Of a stretch of DNA of 33,556 nt, positions 33,515 through 33,556 are shown in pieces. Position 1 is the first letter of the stretch; each line of letters starts with the position of its first letter. The notes under the pieces were generated by a model, which saw nothing but the letters and a program-made list of their open reading frames with translations, made no database searches and had not been told where the DNA came from. Made by a program: the position numbers and the translations under genes. Source of the stretch: a virus (taxonomy: Duplodnaviria > Caudoviricetes); the IMG/VR virus record IMGVR_UViG_3300031949_001704, positions 1 to 33,556 of that record; one strand, 5' to 3'.

Positions 33515-33556
33515 TGGCTCCCCAGGCCGGACTCGAACCAGCGACCCACTGATTAA
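33515..33556 (-). tRNA. 3' half of a tRNA, probably tRNA-Asn (partial, runs off the window)
   Basis: Minus strand TTAATCAGTGGGTCGCTGGTTCGAGTCCGGCCTGGGGAGCCA: xTT anticodon end, T-loop GTTCGAG, G discriminator, CCA. Confidence 0.85.

Larger units (their letters stand above)
1640..33515 (-). mobile_element. tRNA-Asn-associated defective prophage / integrative element
   Basis: Serine recombinase module next to the tRNA 3' end; co-oriented phage-type regulation, replication and tail genes; left boundary approximate. Confidence 0.8.

Noticed and set aside
1658-33515. Diversity-generating retroelement or retron
   Set aside because: No reverse transcriptase motifs and no template/variable repeat pair noticed

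Overview
Most of the window (~1640-33515) is one integrative, prophage-like element lying just downstream of a minus-strand tRNA-Asn 3' end. Its minus-strand backbone encodes DUF2924 plus a large serine recombinase, an XRE/ImmA-IrrE immunity module, its own ECF-type sigma factor, a recombination/replication set (PD-(D/E)XK exonuclease, AAA_24, DUF669, broken ERCC4, RecD2, CHC2-TOPRIM primase/ATPase, iteron-rich putative origin) and a small-terminase-like gene. An opposed tyrosine recombinase pair follows, then only a headless baseplate J fragment and one tail gene, so the head/tail morphogenesis block appears deleted. Two plus-strand cargo blocks (~11100-17160 and ~19600-21824) interrupt the backbone. 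Their genes (SIR2 + stand-alone DeoR sensor domain, membrane protein, HNH nuclease, J-domain/beta-rich protein, coiled-coil TM protein, pentapeptide-TIR) are separated by one canonical and several decayed integron attC-like sites, with no integron integrase in the window. Seven copies of a bipartite motif (YCCGWCR-N14/15-CCGGTARGTA) precede backbone genes and look like the regulon of the element's sigma factor, whose 5' leader can fold as a two-state RNA switch. The left flank is host DNA: a secreted GH17-like gene with a C-terminal sorting domain, interrupted by nested IS3-family elements. All protein assignments come from motif recognition by eye; no searches were run.
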